Of a stretch of 64,000 nt of DNA, positions 47,122 through 56,718 are shown piece by piece. Location: NCBI RefSeq assembly GCF_020860705.1, contig NZ_JAJBTT010000044.1, forward strand, positions 9,204 through 73,203, given 5' to 3'. The notes beneath the pieces are model-generated. The model was not told where the DNA came from. It was given only the letters and a program-made list of their open reading frames with translations, and searched no databases. This stretch comes from Akkermansia sp. (GTDB lineage Bacteria; Verrucomicrobiota; Verrucomicrobiia; Verrucomicrobiales; Akkermansiaceae). The translations under genes and the position numbers were made by a program. How positions within the stretch are numbered: position 1 is the stretch's first letter; every line of letters begins with the position of its first letter.

Positions 47122-48257
47122 CGGGAGGTCGCGGAGAAATTCAAAATTTGCACCGGAGCTTCCGTGTGGGCTACAGGTTCGTTGCGTACGGTTCCATCCG
47201 GCAGCATGAATTCCAGAATGCCGCGGGAGACGTTGTCCGGAAGGCGTATTTCCAGGAATTTTCTCATATCGTCTGATGGTCCGGGGGTGGTTCCTTCCGC
47301 CAGGATTTTACCTTCTTCCGACTTGAGGACGACGCGCAGGGGCAGCCGCCTGATTTTACCTTCGTTCCTTTCCGTAATGTCCAGCATCAGTTTGCTGCCC
47401 GGCAGGTATTCCGGTTGCGCCGCCACCCAGTCCGCCGCCAGTTTCATGTAGCGGTCCGTAACTTTCACGGCGGGAACGGTCCGGCTTTCCGGCGGGAACG
47501 TCAGGGCGTGCCGTTTTTCGTCGTAACGGGCTTCCCAGATCAGCGGGAAGAAATCTCCTGAAGGCTCCTTCTTCCAGGAAGTGGCATAAATGGCGTTTTC
47601 CGGCTTGCGGGGATCCAGCATGCTGATGGCGGACATCACCCACGGGGTGTTGAAATCCTTCTCGTTATATTCCAGCATCCGCCATTCCCCGTCGCACCAG
47701 GCTTCCACCCAGTTATGGTTGCCGCGCACATGGTTCCAGGTAAGGAGGCCGGCCATGCGGGCCGGAATGCCTACGGAACGGAGCGCGCAGATGAGCAGGA
47801 TGCTCTGGCCCGTGCAGGAAACCTTGCCGGATTGCAGGGACTCCTTCACGCCCTGGTGGGGCACCCTCCTTTCCGTGGAATAACGGACGTTCAGGGTCTT
47901 CTGGATGCAGGAGGCAATGGTGAGAGCGGCTTCCCGGCCTGTTTTGCATGCGGCAACCAGCGGGGAGAACAAGTTGTGGAACTGCTCCCTCCATTCGTCG
48001 CGCGGTTCGTTGACCACGGCATAAGGGAGCACGTTATTTTCATAAAGCTCCCACGGAACCTTTCCGGCCCAGGGAAACTGCTTGCGGGCCTCCATCGCCA
48101 GCCGAACTTCCCGGTCCAGCCGGTCTTCCGTAATCGTTTCCCTGTCCTGCGCGGGCATGTAGGATCGCAGAAAAGCCACCCCGTCCGGAATAGCGTCATG
48201 GGCGGCGCAGAGGGCGGCGGTCAATCCCAGGAGAAGGGCGGAAGGCAGCAAATTCAT
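47118..48257 (-). CDS. Secreted transglutaminase-like domain protein
   Basis: Signal peptide. GKVSCTGQSILLICALRSVGIPAR...NHNWVE is a transglutaminase-core Cys/His pattern. The stop overlaps the downstream start by 4 nt. Confidence 0.7.
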   Translation of the reverse strand: MNLLPSALLLGLTAALCAAHDAIPDGVAFLRSYMPAQDRETITEDRLDREVRLAMEARKQFPWAGKVPWELYENNVLPYAVVNEPRDEWREQFHNLFSPLVAACKTGREAALTIASCIQKTLNVRYSTERRVPHQGVKESLQSGKVSCTGQSILLICALRSVGIPARMAGLLTWNHVRGNHNWVEAWCDGEWRMLEYNEKDFNTPWVMSAISMLDPRKPENAIYATSWKKEPSGDFFPLIWEARYDEKRHALTFPPESRTVPAVKVTDRYMKLAADWVAAQPEYLPGSKLMLDITERNEGKIRRLPLRVVLKSEEGKILAEGTTPGPSDDMRKFLEIRLPDNVSRGILEFMLPDGTVRNEPVAHTEAPVQILNFSATSR

Positions 48258-48269
48258 GAACGCCGATAT

Positions 48270-49328
48270 TCATACCTGAATTCCGGGCGGCAGACAAGCT
48301 TCGTCTTGGGTAAGAAGGGTATTGAAATGGGCGAACAGGTGGGTGTCTTCCGGCGGCGTGAGGGAAAAGGGGGTGTCGTTATCCAGCATGTCCTCGCAAA
48401 GGTGCATGAAATCGCGGGAGGTTCTGGCCCTCTTCATCTGGTGGTCAAATCCATCCGGAAGGCCCCGAGCGGTATAAACCAGGTATTTTTTCATGTGGTG
48501 GATGTGTTTCTCCTCCTCGTAATGTTCCTGCATTTCCAGCGTGCGTTCATGAAGGCGGCGGATGTAGTGCAGCACGTCCCGGAAGGTGGGCGCAGCAGTA
48601 GGGAGGCCCTGGAAACGCGCGTGAAGCTGGGAAAATATCCATGGATTGCGCAGGGCCGCGCGCCCGATCATCAAGCCCGCTGGCCGGGACAGCCGCACCC
48701 AGGCGTCCGCCGTGGCCGCATCCACGATATTGCCGTTGGCGACTACGGGGCAGTCCAGGACTTCCGCGGCCCATTTTACCCACTCCGGGTGGACTGGGGA
48801 TCGGTAGCCTTCCCGGACGGTGCGGGCGTGGATGCACACCCTGTCCGGAGAATGGGCGGCGATCACGGGAAGAATGCGTTCAAACTCATCCGGAATCTCG
48901 TACCCCAGGCGGCACTTGACCGTGAAAGCTCCGGCGGGAAGTGCGTCACGGAGCGCCCCCAGGGCTGCGTCCATGGCTTTCAGGGAGCGCAGCATGCCTC
49001 CGCCGGCATTCCTCCTGCACACCATGGGGGCGGGACAGCCCATGTTCAGGTTCACCCCTGCGCAGGCGTGCTTCATCAGATTCAGCGCGTCCCTCACCAG
49101 GTATTCCGGCTCATGCCCCACCAGCTGGCCGTAAATGGGGCGCTCCGTGGGATTCTCATCAATGGAACGCATGATATGGGGCGACATCTTTTTATGATGG
49201 GCCACCGTCCTGAAATACTCCGTGATGAAATAATCCGGCAGGGAATTCAAGTCCTTCAACGTCTTGAGAAAGGCCAGATCCGTCACATCTTTCATGGGGG
49301 CCAGCGCCAGCAGCATGGGCCTGTGCAT
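48270..49328 (-). CDS. tRNA-dihydrouridine synthase family protein
   Basis: LALAPMKDVTDLAF...VNLNMGCP...IHARTV...VVANGNI are Dus motifs. Confidence 0.8.
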   Translation of the reverse strand: MHRPMLLALAPMKDVTDLAFLKTLKDLNSLPDYFITEYFRTVAHHKKMSPHIMRSIDENPTERPIYGQLVGHEPEYLVRDALNLMKHACAGVNLNMGCPAPMVCRRNAGGGMLRSLKAMDAALGALRDALPAGAFTVKCRLGYEIPDEFERILPVIAAHSPDRVCIHARTVREGYRSPVHPEWVKWAAEVLDCPVVANGNIVDAATADAWVRLSRPAGLMIGRAALRNPWIFSQLHARFQGLPTAAPTFRDVLHYIRRLHERTLEMQEHYEEEKHIHHMKKYLVYTARGLPDGFDHQMKRARTSRDFMHLCEDMLDNDTPFSLTPPEDTHLFAHFNTLLTQDEACLPPGIQV

Positions 49329-49398
49329 ACCGTGAAAAGCCGCGGAAGGCAAGCTGTGATTGTCTTGACGAAAGAAGGAAAGTGTGGAAGCTGGGAGC

Positions 49399-50598
49399 AT
49401 GAATCAGGACTCAACCCGCAAAGCCAGAGTGAATGTGAGACGAGCCGAGGTAATGGAGCAGGTGGAAAAGGAAATCCAGCAGCATTACCAGAGTGAATTG
49501 ATTTCCCATATACGGTCTGCAGGCAATGTGTACAACCTGGGCCATACGGAATTTTTCCTGGCCCGGGAGTTTGGATTCTGCAACGGCGTGCGGCGTGCCA
49601 TTGACATAGCATATGCAGCCCGCAGGGTATTCCCTGACCGGAGGATTTACCTGATCGGGGACATCATTCACAATCCGGAAGTGAACCGGCAGCTGGAGGA
49701 GATGGGCATTCAAAAGCTCCCCTGGAAGCAGCTGGATTCCTCCTATGACCGGATTGCCGCGGACGACGTGGTGATCATCCCCGCCTTTGGCGTTCCCACC
49801 CCCTTCATGGATGCGCTGGAAGAAAAGGGGGTGCAAATTGTGGATACTACCTGCGGGGACGTGATGAAGGTCTGGAAAAGGGTGAAAAACTACGCCGCCA
49901 TGGGGATTACCTCCATCATTCACGGCAAGGCCACCCATGAGGAAACCAGCGCGACGGCTTCCCGGGCCCTGGGGGAACGCGGGAAGGGAAAATACCTGGT
50001 GGTTTATGACCTGGAGGATGTCCGCATCCTGTGTGACTATATTCTGGGCTGCGGAGACCGGGAGGCGTTCCTGAAACGGTTTGAAGGCTCCCATTCCCCC
50101 GGCTTTGACCCGGACCGGGACCTGGAGGAAGTAGGCATCGCCAACCAGACCACCATGCTGAAGACGGAGACGCAGACGCTCCAGAAAATGGTGAAGGATG
50201 CCATTGTCCAGAGGGATGGGGACGATGATAATTTCTATGTATTCGATACCATTTGCGGCGCCACCCAGGACCGTCAGGACGCTCTGTACGAGCTGTTGAA
50301 AAACCCCCTGGACGTCATGTTCGTGGTGGGCGGCTACAACAGTTCCAACACCACGCACCTAGTGGACATTGCCAAGGAGCATGTACCCACGTATTTCATT
50401 GAATCCGCGGAATGCATCCAATCCATCCAGTATGTGGACGCGTTTGACACGAAGACGCGGGAAGTCCGCCGAATGACCACGGAACCCGTGGTTCAGAATC
50501 TGGGCAAATCCCTGAAAGTGGGGATAACAGCGGGTGCTTCATGCCCGGCCAACCTGATTGAGGCGACCATCCTGCGGATTGCGGATCTGCGCAAGTAG
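49399..50598 (+). CDS. ispH: 4-hydroxy-3-methylbut-2-enyl diphosphate reductase (long form)
   Basis: FGFCNGVRRAIDIA...PAFG...TTCGDVMKVW...IHGKATHEET...ANQTT...DTICGATQDRQ...VVGGYNSSNT. Confidence 0.88.
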   Translation: MNQDSTRKARVNVRRAEVMEQVEKEIQQHYQSELISHIRSAGNVYNLGHTEFFLAREFGFCNGVRRAIDIAYAARRVFPDRRIYLIGDIIHNPEVNRQLEEMGIQKLPWKQLDSSYDRIAADDVVIIPAFGVPTPFMDALEEKGVQIVDTTCGDVMKVWKRVKNYAAMGITSIIHGKATHEETSATASRALGERGKGKYLVVYDLEDVRILCDYILGCGDREAFLKRFEGSHSPGFDPDRDLEEVGIANQTTMLKTETQTLQKMVKDAIVQRDGDDDNFYVFDTICGATQDRQDALYELLKNPLDVMFVVGGYNSSNTTHLVDIAKEHVPTYFIESAECIQSIQYVDAFDTKTREVRRMTTEPVVQNLGKSLKVGITAGASCPANLIEATILRIADLRK

Positions 50599-50750
50599 CA
50601 GTGTGCCTGCTGTCCAGCCAGTGCGGGAAAAGGGGTTGCTCCTTCCAGACCTTCCAGATCGGAAAGCGTCCGCCGCTTTTTGTGGGAACGGAGTGGAGGA
50701 TAAGACCGTGGAAAGAGGGAGGCAGCGCGGGGCCGCCCGGCCGGGGTTCC

Positions 50751-50972
50751 CTAACTTTCCAGATCTTCCGGAGTAACGGAACGCTGTTCCCGGGAGGCGA
50801 GCAACACGGCTTGTTCCACCACGTACTCCGTATTGGAATCAAAACGGTAGGCGTTGCAGTTGGGGCATACCGCGGTAGTCAGGGATACGATGGAGCCGCA
50901 GGCTTCGCAAACCTTGAAGTCGCCGGGGCGGTCAATGATCAGTTTGGCTTTATCCAGGCGGGATTGCTGCAT
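50751..50972 (-). CDS. Small zinc-ribbon protein (hypothetical)
   Basis: CEAC...CPNC pair in a 73-aa ORF, 80 nt downstream of rpsT on the same strand. Confidence 0.45.
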   Translation of the reverse strand: MQQSRLDKAKLIIDRPGDFKVCEACGSIVSLTTAVCPNCNAYRFDSNTEYVVEQAVLLASREQRSVTPEDLES

Positions 50973-51052
50973 GGGAGGGGGAAAATAAAACAAGCCGCTC
51001 AGCAGAACAGAGCGGCTTGCCATAAAGATCGTCAGAAAACCGAAGTTAAAAC

Positions 51053-51316
51053 TTAGGCGATTTTTGCGATGGCCTTGGCGGCCTTGCTCTTGTAGTTGGC
51101 AGCGCGGTTGGCGGGAATGGTGCCCACCTTGGCGGCCTTGTCAACGGCGGAGGAGAAAGTGTTGTAGGCAGCGGTAGCGGCTTCCTTGTCAGACGTTTCC
51201 ACCGCAGTGGCAATCTTCTTGCGGAGGGTTTTCAGCTTGGAGGACACCGCGCGGTTGCGGGCGGTGCGGGTTGCGGTCTGGCGGATGCGCTTGAGTGCGG
51301 ATTTGGTATTGGCCAT
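51053..51316 (-). CDS. rpsT: 30S ribosomal protein S20
   Basis: MANTKSALKRIRQTATRTARNRA...; 87 aa, basic. Confidence 0.92.
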   Translation of the reverse strand: MANTKSALKRIRQTATRTARNRAVSSKLKTLRKKIATAVETSDKEAATAAYNTFSSAVDKAAKVGTIPANRAANYKSKAAKAIAKIA

Positions 51317-51461
51317 GTTCTAAAAAAGGTTCGGTTTCCGTTTCGAGGTGGCAAAAACATTAGAATAACAGGACAAAATGTCAAGCTCTGGATATATTTT
51401 TTAAGGCATTCCTCCTAAGTGCGGGCAGACTGCGGGCTTTACCGGAAAAAAGGTTTGTGGC

Positions 51462-52085
51462 ATGAATGCCGCCGTTATGAAGAAACGCGTGGATTTGCCT
51501 GAAAAAAAATATGAAGGATATATTTTTGATCTGGACGGGACCCTGGTGGACAGCATGCCTCTCCATTACAGGGCATGGCGGAAAGCCCTGAGCCGCGCAG
51601 GCGCTCCGGAATCCGTATTTGGTGAAGAGGAATTCTATTCCTGCGGCGGCAAATCCGCCAACGACGTAGTGCACTTTTTGAACGGCCGCTATGGTCTGGT
51701 GATGGATGCTGCGGCGACGGCCGCGGACAAGCGCCGCATTTATCTGGAAATGCTGGAGGAGGAAGGCATGCAGCCCATCCGGGAAGTAGTGGAATTCGTC
51801 CATTCCCTGGGAGACGCCCCCAAGGCCATCGCCACGGGAAGCGCTATTCCCGGAGCCTCCCGGACGCTGTCCGCCGCCGGCCTTTCGGACCTTTTTGACG
51901 TGATTCTGACGCCGGAAGACGTGGAGCATGGAAAGCCCGCGCCGGACATGTTCCTGAAAGCGGCGGAACTGCTGGGGGCGGCTCCCGGCCGCTGCGTGGT
52001 TTTTGAAGATGCTGTGCCCGGCATCAAGGCCGCCGCCGCCGCCGGAATGGACTGCGTGCAGGTCCGCCGGGCGTCTTTGGAATGA
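51462..52085 (+). CDS. HAD-superfamily hydrolase (beta-phosphoglucomutase-like subfamily IA)
   Basis: YIFDLDGTLVDS (motif I), ATGS (II), GKPAPDMFL...VVFEDAVPGIKAAAAAGM (III/IV). Confidence 0.8.
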   Translation: MNAAVMKKRVDLPEKKYEGYIFDLDGTLVDSMPLHYRAWRKALSRAGAPESVFGEEEFYSCGGKSANDVVHFLNGRYGLVMDAAATAADKRRIYLEMLEEEGMQPIREVVEFVHSLGDAPKAIATGSAIPGASRTLSAAGLSDLFDVILTPEDVEHGKPAPDMFLKAAELLGAAPGRCVVFEDAVPGIKAAAAAGMDCVQVRRASLE

Positions 52086-52232
52086 TTCCCTGCCGGGGTT
52101 TTTGCACGGGGCCCGCTTTCCGGGCCTTCCTCCTGCCAGGATACGCCCTGTATTCGATGAAAAGGCTTCACATTGCGCGCGGAATGCGCTAGAACCTTTT
52201 CTCCTATTGAACAAATAAAATATTATTTGCAC

Positions 52233-54086
52233 ATGAGCACAAACGACAAAACATCATCCGCCCCGACGAAAACCCGCATGACAGGAGCCGAAGTGCTCGT
52301 GGAATGCCTCGTGCGTGAAGGTGTAGACGTCGTCTTTGCCTATCCCGGCGGCGCCAGTATGCCGATTCACCAGGCCCTGAGCCATCAGCCCAAAATCCGG
52401 ACCATCCTGCCCCGCCATGAACAGGGCGGCGCGTTCGGCGCGGAAGGCTACGGCCGTGTCACGGGCAAGGTGGGCGTCTGTATCTCCACTTCCGGCCCCG
52501 GCGCCACCAACATGATCACCTCCATTGCGGACGCCTATCTGGACTCCACCCCGCTGGTGGCGATTACGGCGCAGGTCATGCGTTCCCTGATCGGCCGCGG
52601 CGCATTCCAGGAAACGGACGTGTTCGGCATGACCGCCCCCATCGTGAAGCACAGCTATCTGGTGACGGAACCGGAAGAACTGCCCCGCATCATCAAGGAA
52701 GCCTTTTACATCGCCTCCACCGGCCGTCCCGGTCCGGTGGTGATTGACATGCCCAAGGACGTGCAGGAAGCCGTGTTCACCCCGGACTTCGAGATGGAAA
52801 TGGATCTCCCCGGCTACAATCCGGTGCTGCCCGTTCCCACGGAAAAGCTGGAAGAACTTATTCCGCTGATTGAAAACGCCAGCCGTCCCGTCATTTACGC
52901 AGGTGGCGGCATCATCTCTGCGGAAGCCTCCGCGGACCTGCTGGAATTTGCGGAACGCTCCCAGATTCCCGTGGCGACCACCCTGATGGGCATTGGCGCC
53001 ATGCCGGAAACCCACCCCCTCTCCCTGCGCTGGCTGGGCATGCACGGAGCCGTGTTTGCCAACAACGCCGTGAATGAGGCTGATCTGGTGATCGCCCTGG
53101 GCGCCCGGTTTGACGACCGCGTGACTGGAGCCGTCAACATGTTCTGCCCGGACGCCACCATCGTCCACATTGACATTGACGCCAGTGAAATCAACAAAAA
53201 TAAAAAGGTGGCGCATCCCATCCGCGCGAACGTGAAAGACGCTCTGAAGGTTCTTAACGCCGCCCTGGCCGCGAAAGGCTGGGACCGCAAATCCTCCGGC
53301 TTCACCCGCACTCCGGAATGGTTTGGCGTGATTGAAGGCTGGAAGGCGCAGTATCCCTTCTCCTATGAAGACCGCAAGGGGTACATCTCCCCGCAGGCCG
53401 TCATTGAGGAACTCTACCGCCAGACGGCGGACAAGGACCCCATCATTTGCACGGGCGTGGGCCAGCACCAGATGTTCGCCGCCCAATTCTTCAAATTTGA
53501 CAAGCCCAGGCGTTTGGCTACCTCCGGTGGGCTGGGAACCATGGGCTACGGCCTTCCCGCCGCCATGGGCGTATGCCTGGCCTGTCCGGACAAGCTGGTG
53601 GTGAACATTGACGGGGACGGCTCCATGCTCATGAACATTCAGGAGCTGGCTACCATTCACGTGGAGCGCCTGCCCGTCAAATGCATTATTCTGAACAACC
53701 AGCACCTGGGCATGGTGGTGCAGTGGGAAGACCTGAAATATGACTCCAACCGGGCCCAGACCTTCCTGGCGGACCCGCACGACCACTATGATCCAACCCA
53801 TAAGACGGAAGACGTTATTTACCCGAACTACCCGCTCATCTGCGCCGGATTCGGCGTCAAATGTGAGCGTGTGCTCCGCATAGAAGAACTCCCGGAGGCG
53901 ATCACCCGCATGATTGAATCCCCGGAAGCGTACGTGCTGGACGTGATGGTTCCCCATGACGTGCACGTGCTGCCGATCATTCTGGGCGGCATGAGCTACA
54001 AGGACGTGATTCTGGAACGTATTGCCGGGGACGGCTCCGCCAAAAAGGCGTCCGAACTGGGCAAGGAAATCCCGACGGCCCTGTAA
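52233..54086 (+). CDS. ilvB: Acetolactate synthase, large (catalytic) subunit
   Basis: MTGAEVLVECLVREGVDVVFAYPGGA..., GPGATN, TPP motif GGLGTMGYGLPAAMG...DGDGSMLMNIQEL...NNQHLGMV. Confidence 0.92.
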   Translation: MSTNDKTSSAPTKTRMTGAEVLVECLVREGVDVVFAYPGGASMPIHQALSHQPKIRTILPRHEQGGAFGAEGYGRVTGKVGVCISTSGPGATNMITSIADAYLDSTPLVAITAQVMRSLIGRGAFQETDVFGMTAPIVKHSYLVTEPEELPRIIKEAFYIASTGRPGPVVIDMPKDVQEAVFTPDFEMEMDLPGYNPVLPVPTEKLEELIPLIENASRPVIYAGGGIISAEASADLLEFAERSQIPVATTLMGIGAMPETHPLSLRWLGMHGAVFANNAVNEADLVIALGARFDDRVTGAVNMFCPDATIVHIDIDASEINKNKKVAHPIRANVKDALKVLNAALAAKGWDRKSSGFTRTPEWFGVIEGWKAQYPFSYEDRKGYISPQAVIEELYRQTADKDPIICTGVGQHQMFAAQFFKFDKPRRLATSGGLGTMGYGLPAAMGVCLACPDKLVVNIDGDGSMLMNIQELATIHVERLPVKCIILNNQHLGMVVQWEDLKYDSNRAQTFLADPHDHYDPTHKTEDVIYPNYPLICAGFGVKCERVLRIEELPEAITRMIESPEAYVLDVMVPHDVHVLPIILGGMSYKDVILERIAGDGSAKKASELGKEIPTAL

Positions 54087-54120
54087 GGGAGACAGGATTT
54101 CGGTTATTCACCTATTGATT

Positions 54121-54148
54121 GGAGCCGTCCGTAAGGGCGGCTCCTTTT
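54121..54148 (+). terminator. Rho-independent terminator after ilvB
   Basis: ggagccgtcc / gggcggctcc 10-bp stem (one G:U), loop gtaa, then TTTT. Confidence 0.7.
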
Positions 54149-54579
54149 GCATGGGAGAGGGAGAACGGGCCCGGGACGGTTTGCATCAATAAGGGAATGT
54201 CTATCCTCCCGAAAGGGCGTCTTTTCACAGGCCCCGGTTTTACCGGAGTCATATGGGGCGGCATCATTTGGGGAACGGTGAAGATGTTGCTGGACGCAAC
54301 GGGGAGGAACGGCTAGCATCAATGAATAAGTTGGGTGCAAGCCGGACGGAACACGGGAAAGAGGAGGATGCCCTGGAAAGTTGCTGTGTCTGATGCCGCC
54401 TTGCGCCAACCCCAGGCTCACAGGAAATTCCCGGGAGATCGGCGCTTCTTGTAAGCTATTGGGAAACGCATATTGACAAAAAATTACCCATGATTGGGCC
54501 TGACAGTATCCGGCTTTTGAAACAGGTTGGCGCAAAACCCTTGTTACACGCTTGATACTCAATCCGTATGCTTCAGGCC

Positions 54580-55781
54580 GTCGCATCCTCACGGATGCGT
54601 GGATTGAAACAATCCTTTTGCCAGGTTTTCCAAGTCAGGATAGAGTCGCATCCTCACGGATGCGTGGATTGAAACGCCTCAATCTTCAGGGTGGCTTTAG
54701 GCTTAATTTGTCGCATCCTCACGGATGCGTGGATTGAAACCACAGTCATCAAACGGAAGCGCGTTGGCTGTGAGGTCGCATCCTCACGGATGCGTGGATT
54801 GAAACCAGCGCAGGCTCAAGGTAGGTCGTGGCAAATGCTGTCGCATCCTCACGGATGCGTGGATTGAAACCTTAAAGAAAAGGTGGGCGCCCGTGAAGAG
54901 ATTGGTCGCATCCTCACGGATGCGTGGATTGAAACATCTAAAAAAACAGTTGATGGATGGCTGTCTGCTGTCGCATCCTCACGGATGCGTGGATTGAAAC
55001 AATCATATCCAGTCCTGCGCGGTTTTCCGGCGCGGTCGCATCCTCACGGATGCGTGGATTGAAACAACGGCCTTTAATACGGCTTGGGAGTGTTTAATTG
55101 TCGCATCCTCACGGATGCGTGGATTGAAACGACGATGAAGTTATAGGTGAATTTGTAGTGCGCTGTCGCATCCTCACGGATGCGTGGATTGAAACCGGGA
55201 AAACCCGAACGCACTGCCCGGCACCACGGGTCGCATCCTCACGGATGCGTGGATTGAAACGCAAACTGGCTCGTGGAAGTCCCCAGCATGCTCTGTCGCA
55301 TCCTCACGGATGCGTGGATTGAAACCCATAATCAAAAGCGTGTAATGGTATGGTCAAACCGTCGCATCCTCACGGATGCGTGGATTGAAACAAGGCATCC
55401 ATCACCAGCACGGCCAGGGCGCTCAGTCGCATCCTCACGGATGCGTGGATTGAAACTGTACCACGACATGCGCGCCTACATGGATGCACAGTCGCATCCT
55501 CACGGATGCGTGGATTGAAACAACCTTGATGCCGACCCGGAGCCAGACCCTCAGGTCGCATCCTCACGGATGCGTGGATTGAAACGCTCCAACACAAGAT
55601 GGACCAATGTATTATTGCAAGTCGCATCCTCACGGATGCGTGGATTGAAACGGCGAAATTGTACTGGGCGCTGTCCACTCCATCCGTCGCATCCTCACGG
55701 ATGCGTGGATTGAAACCAACGGGGTTGCAACGGGGGTTCCCAGCTCTTGCGTCGCATCCTCACGGATGCGTAGGATGGATG
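54580..55781 (+). CRISPR. CRISPR array, type I-C-like repeat; 19 repeats, 18 spacers
   Basis: 31-nt repeat gtcgcatcctcacggatgcgtggattgaaac, 18 identical copies plus a 3'-degenerate terminal copy at 55751-55781 (..gcgtaggatggatg). Spacers are 33-35 nt and all different. The repeat has a 7-bp stem (cgcatcc/ggatgcg) and the GTGGATTGAAAC tail typical of I-C repeats. Orientation follows from the tail and the degenerate distal repeat. Confidence 0.97.
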
Positions 55782-55994
55782 ATTCAGTTGTCTTTTCTGG
55801 TTTGGGGATGGTGAGGGTTTTTCTGTTGATGAATCATGGTGTTAAATGTTTTTTAAGATGAGAGTTGAGTTGTTTACCGGGTAGTGTAGTCAAGAAAGGG
55901 AAGCTGTATACGGATGTTTCCTGTGGCATGGTGCATTTTTCCGTGTTCACAGTTGGTGTTGGAGGAGGTTGAGGTGATCCAATATAAAGATAAC

Positions 55995-56657
55995 ATGCAC
56001 ATAGACTGGTTGAATGATTTTTTGGAGTGGGCTCCTATTTTGCTGATGGTGCTGGTGGCGGTTATTTTTCTGGTGGCGTTGAAGTGGAAAAGCGAGAGGT
56101 TGAAAAAGTCTCTGGAGAAATGGAAGCGGCGAATAGCCCGGGAGGCGAAAGCCGGCCATCCCGAAGCCCAGTTCCGCCTGGGACGCATTTACCAGGAGGG
56201 GAACGACGTGAAGAAGGATCCTGACCGGGCGAAGGAGTGGTTCCATAAGGCACTACCCGGCTTGAAGCAGGAGGCGGAGGAAGGGAGCAGTGTTGCCGCC
56301 TTTTATCTGTACCAGTGTTTTCATGAAGGCCTGGGCGTGGAGAGGGAGGACACTCAAGCTCTGCATTGGCTGCAGTGTGCGGCGGAACTGGGCAGTCCTG
56401 AGGCCATGTTTGACCTGGCGCTGGAGTACCGGGAGGGAGGACTGGTGGAGAAGAACGGGGATTTGTTCATGCATTGGCTGCGGAAGGCGGCGGAAGAGGA
56501 TGAAAAGGATGCCCAGTATCTGCTGGCCGCCTCCTATGAACACGGCAACGGAGTTCCCCAGGATGCCAATCTGGCACGGGTATGGTATGACCGTGCAGCG
56601 GCAGGAGCACCTCCCTCCGTGGATGATGATGCACGGGGGCGCAGGAAAGGGAGATAG
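55995..56657 (+). CDS. Sel1-like (SLR/TPR) repeat protein with N-terminal TM anchor
   Basis: Repeated A-x-x-x-L-G-x-x-Y-x-x-G-x-G-V-x-x-D units (AQFRLGRIYQEGNDVKKDPDRAKEWF; AMFDLALEYREGGLVEKNGDLFMHWL; AQYLLAASYEHGNGVPQDANLARVWY). Confidence 0.8.
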   Translation: MHIDWLNDFLEWAPILLMVLVAVIFLVALKWKSERLKKSLEKWKRRIAREAKAGHPEAQFRLGRIYQEGNDVKKDPDRAKEWFHKALPGLKQEAEEGSSVAAFYLYQCFHEGLGVEREDTQALHWLQCAAELGSPEAMFDLALEYREGGLVEKNGDLFMHWLRKAAEEDEKDAQYLLAASYEHGNGVPQDANLARVWYDRAAAGAPPSVDDDARGRRKGR

Positions 56658-56718
56658 GATAGCAGAGAGCGTCTTTCGGCTGGACAAAATGGGAAGCGGA
56701 CGACACTCTAGGCGCTTC

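Noticed and set aside
54456-54468. ctattgggaaacg in the main array's upstream region resembles the first bases of the pseudo-spacer after the solo repeat (ctattgggggaaacg) and lies 4 nt before a TTGACA hexamer.
   Set aside because: Only 8 contiguous matches (13 with a 2-nt gap). It is preceded by AAG, not the TTC PAM expected for I-C. No convincing -10 follows the TTGACA. Compatible with chance.
54150-54579. Searched the ~430-nt array leader for a cas gene remnant or a clear sigma70 promoter.
   Set aside because: Only a low-quality 162-aa antisense ORF and a lone TTGACA without a matching -10 were found. Nothing supportable.
54552-55814. ORFs of 61-102 aa inside the CRISPR array (54552-54737, 55273-55518, 55599-55814 on +; 55370-55678 on -).
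   Set aside because: Their translations repeat the same peptide (ILTDAWIET / SIHASVRMR) at every CRISPR repeat. They are read-through artefacts of the array.
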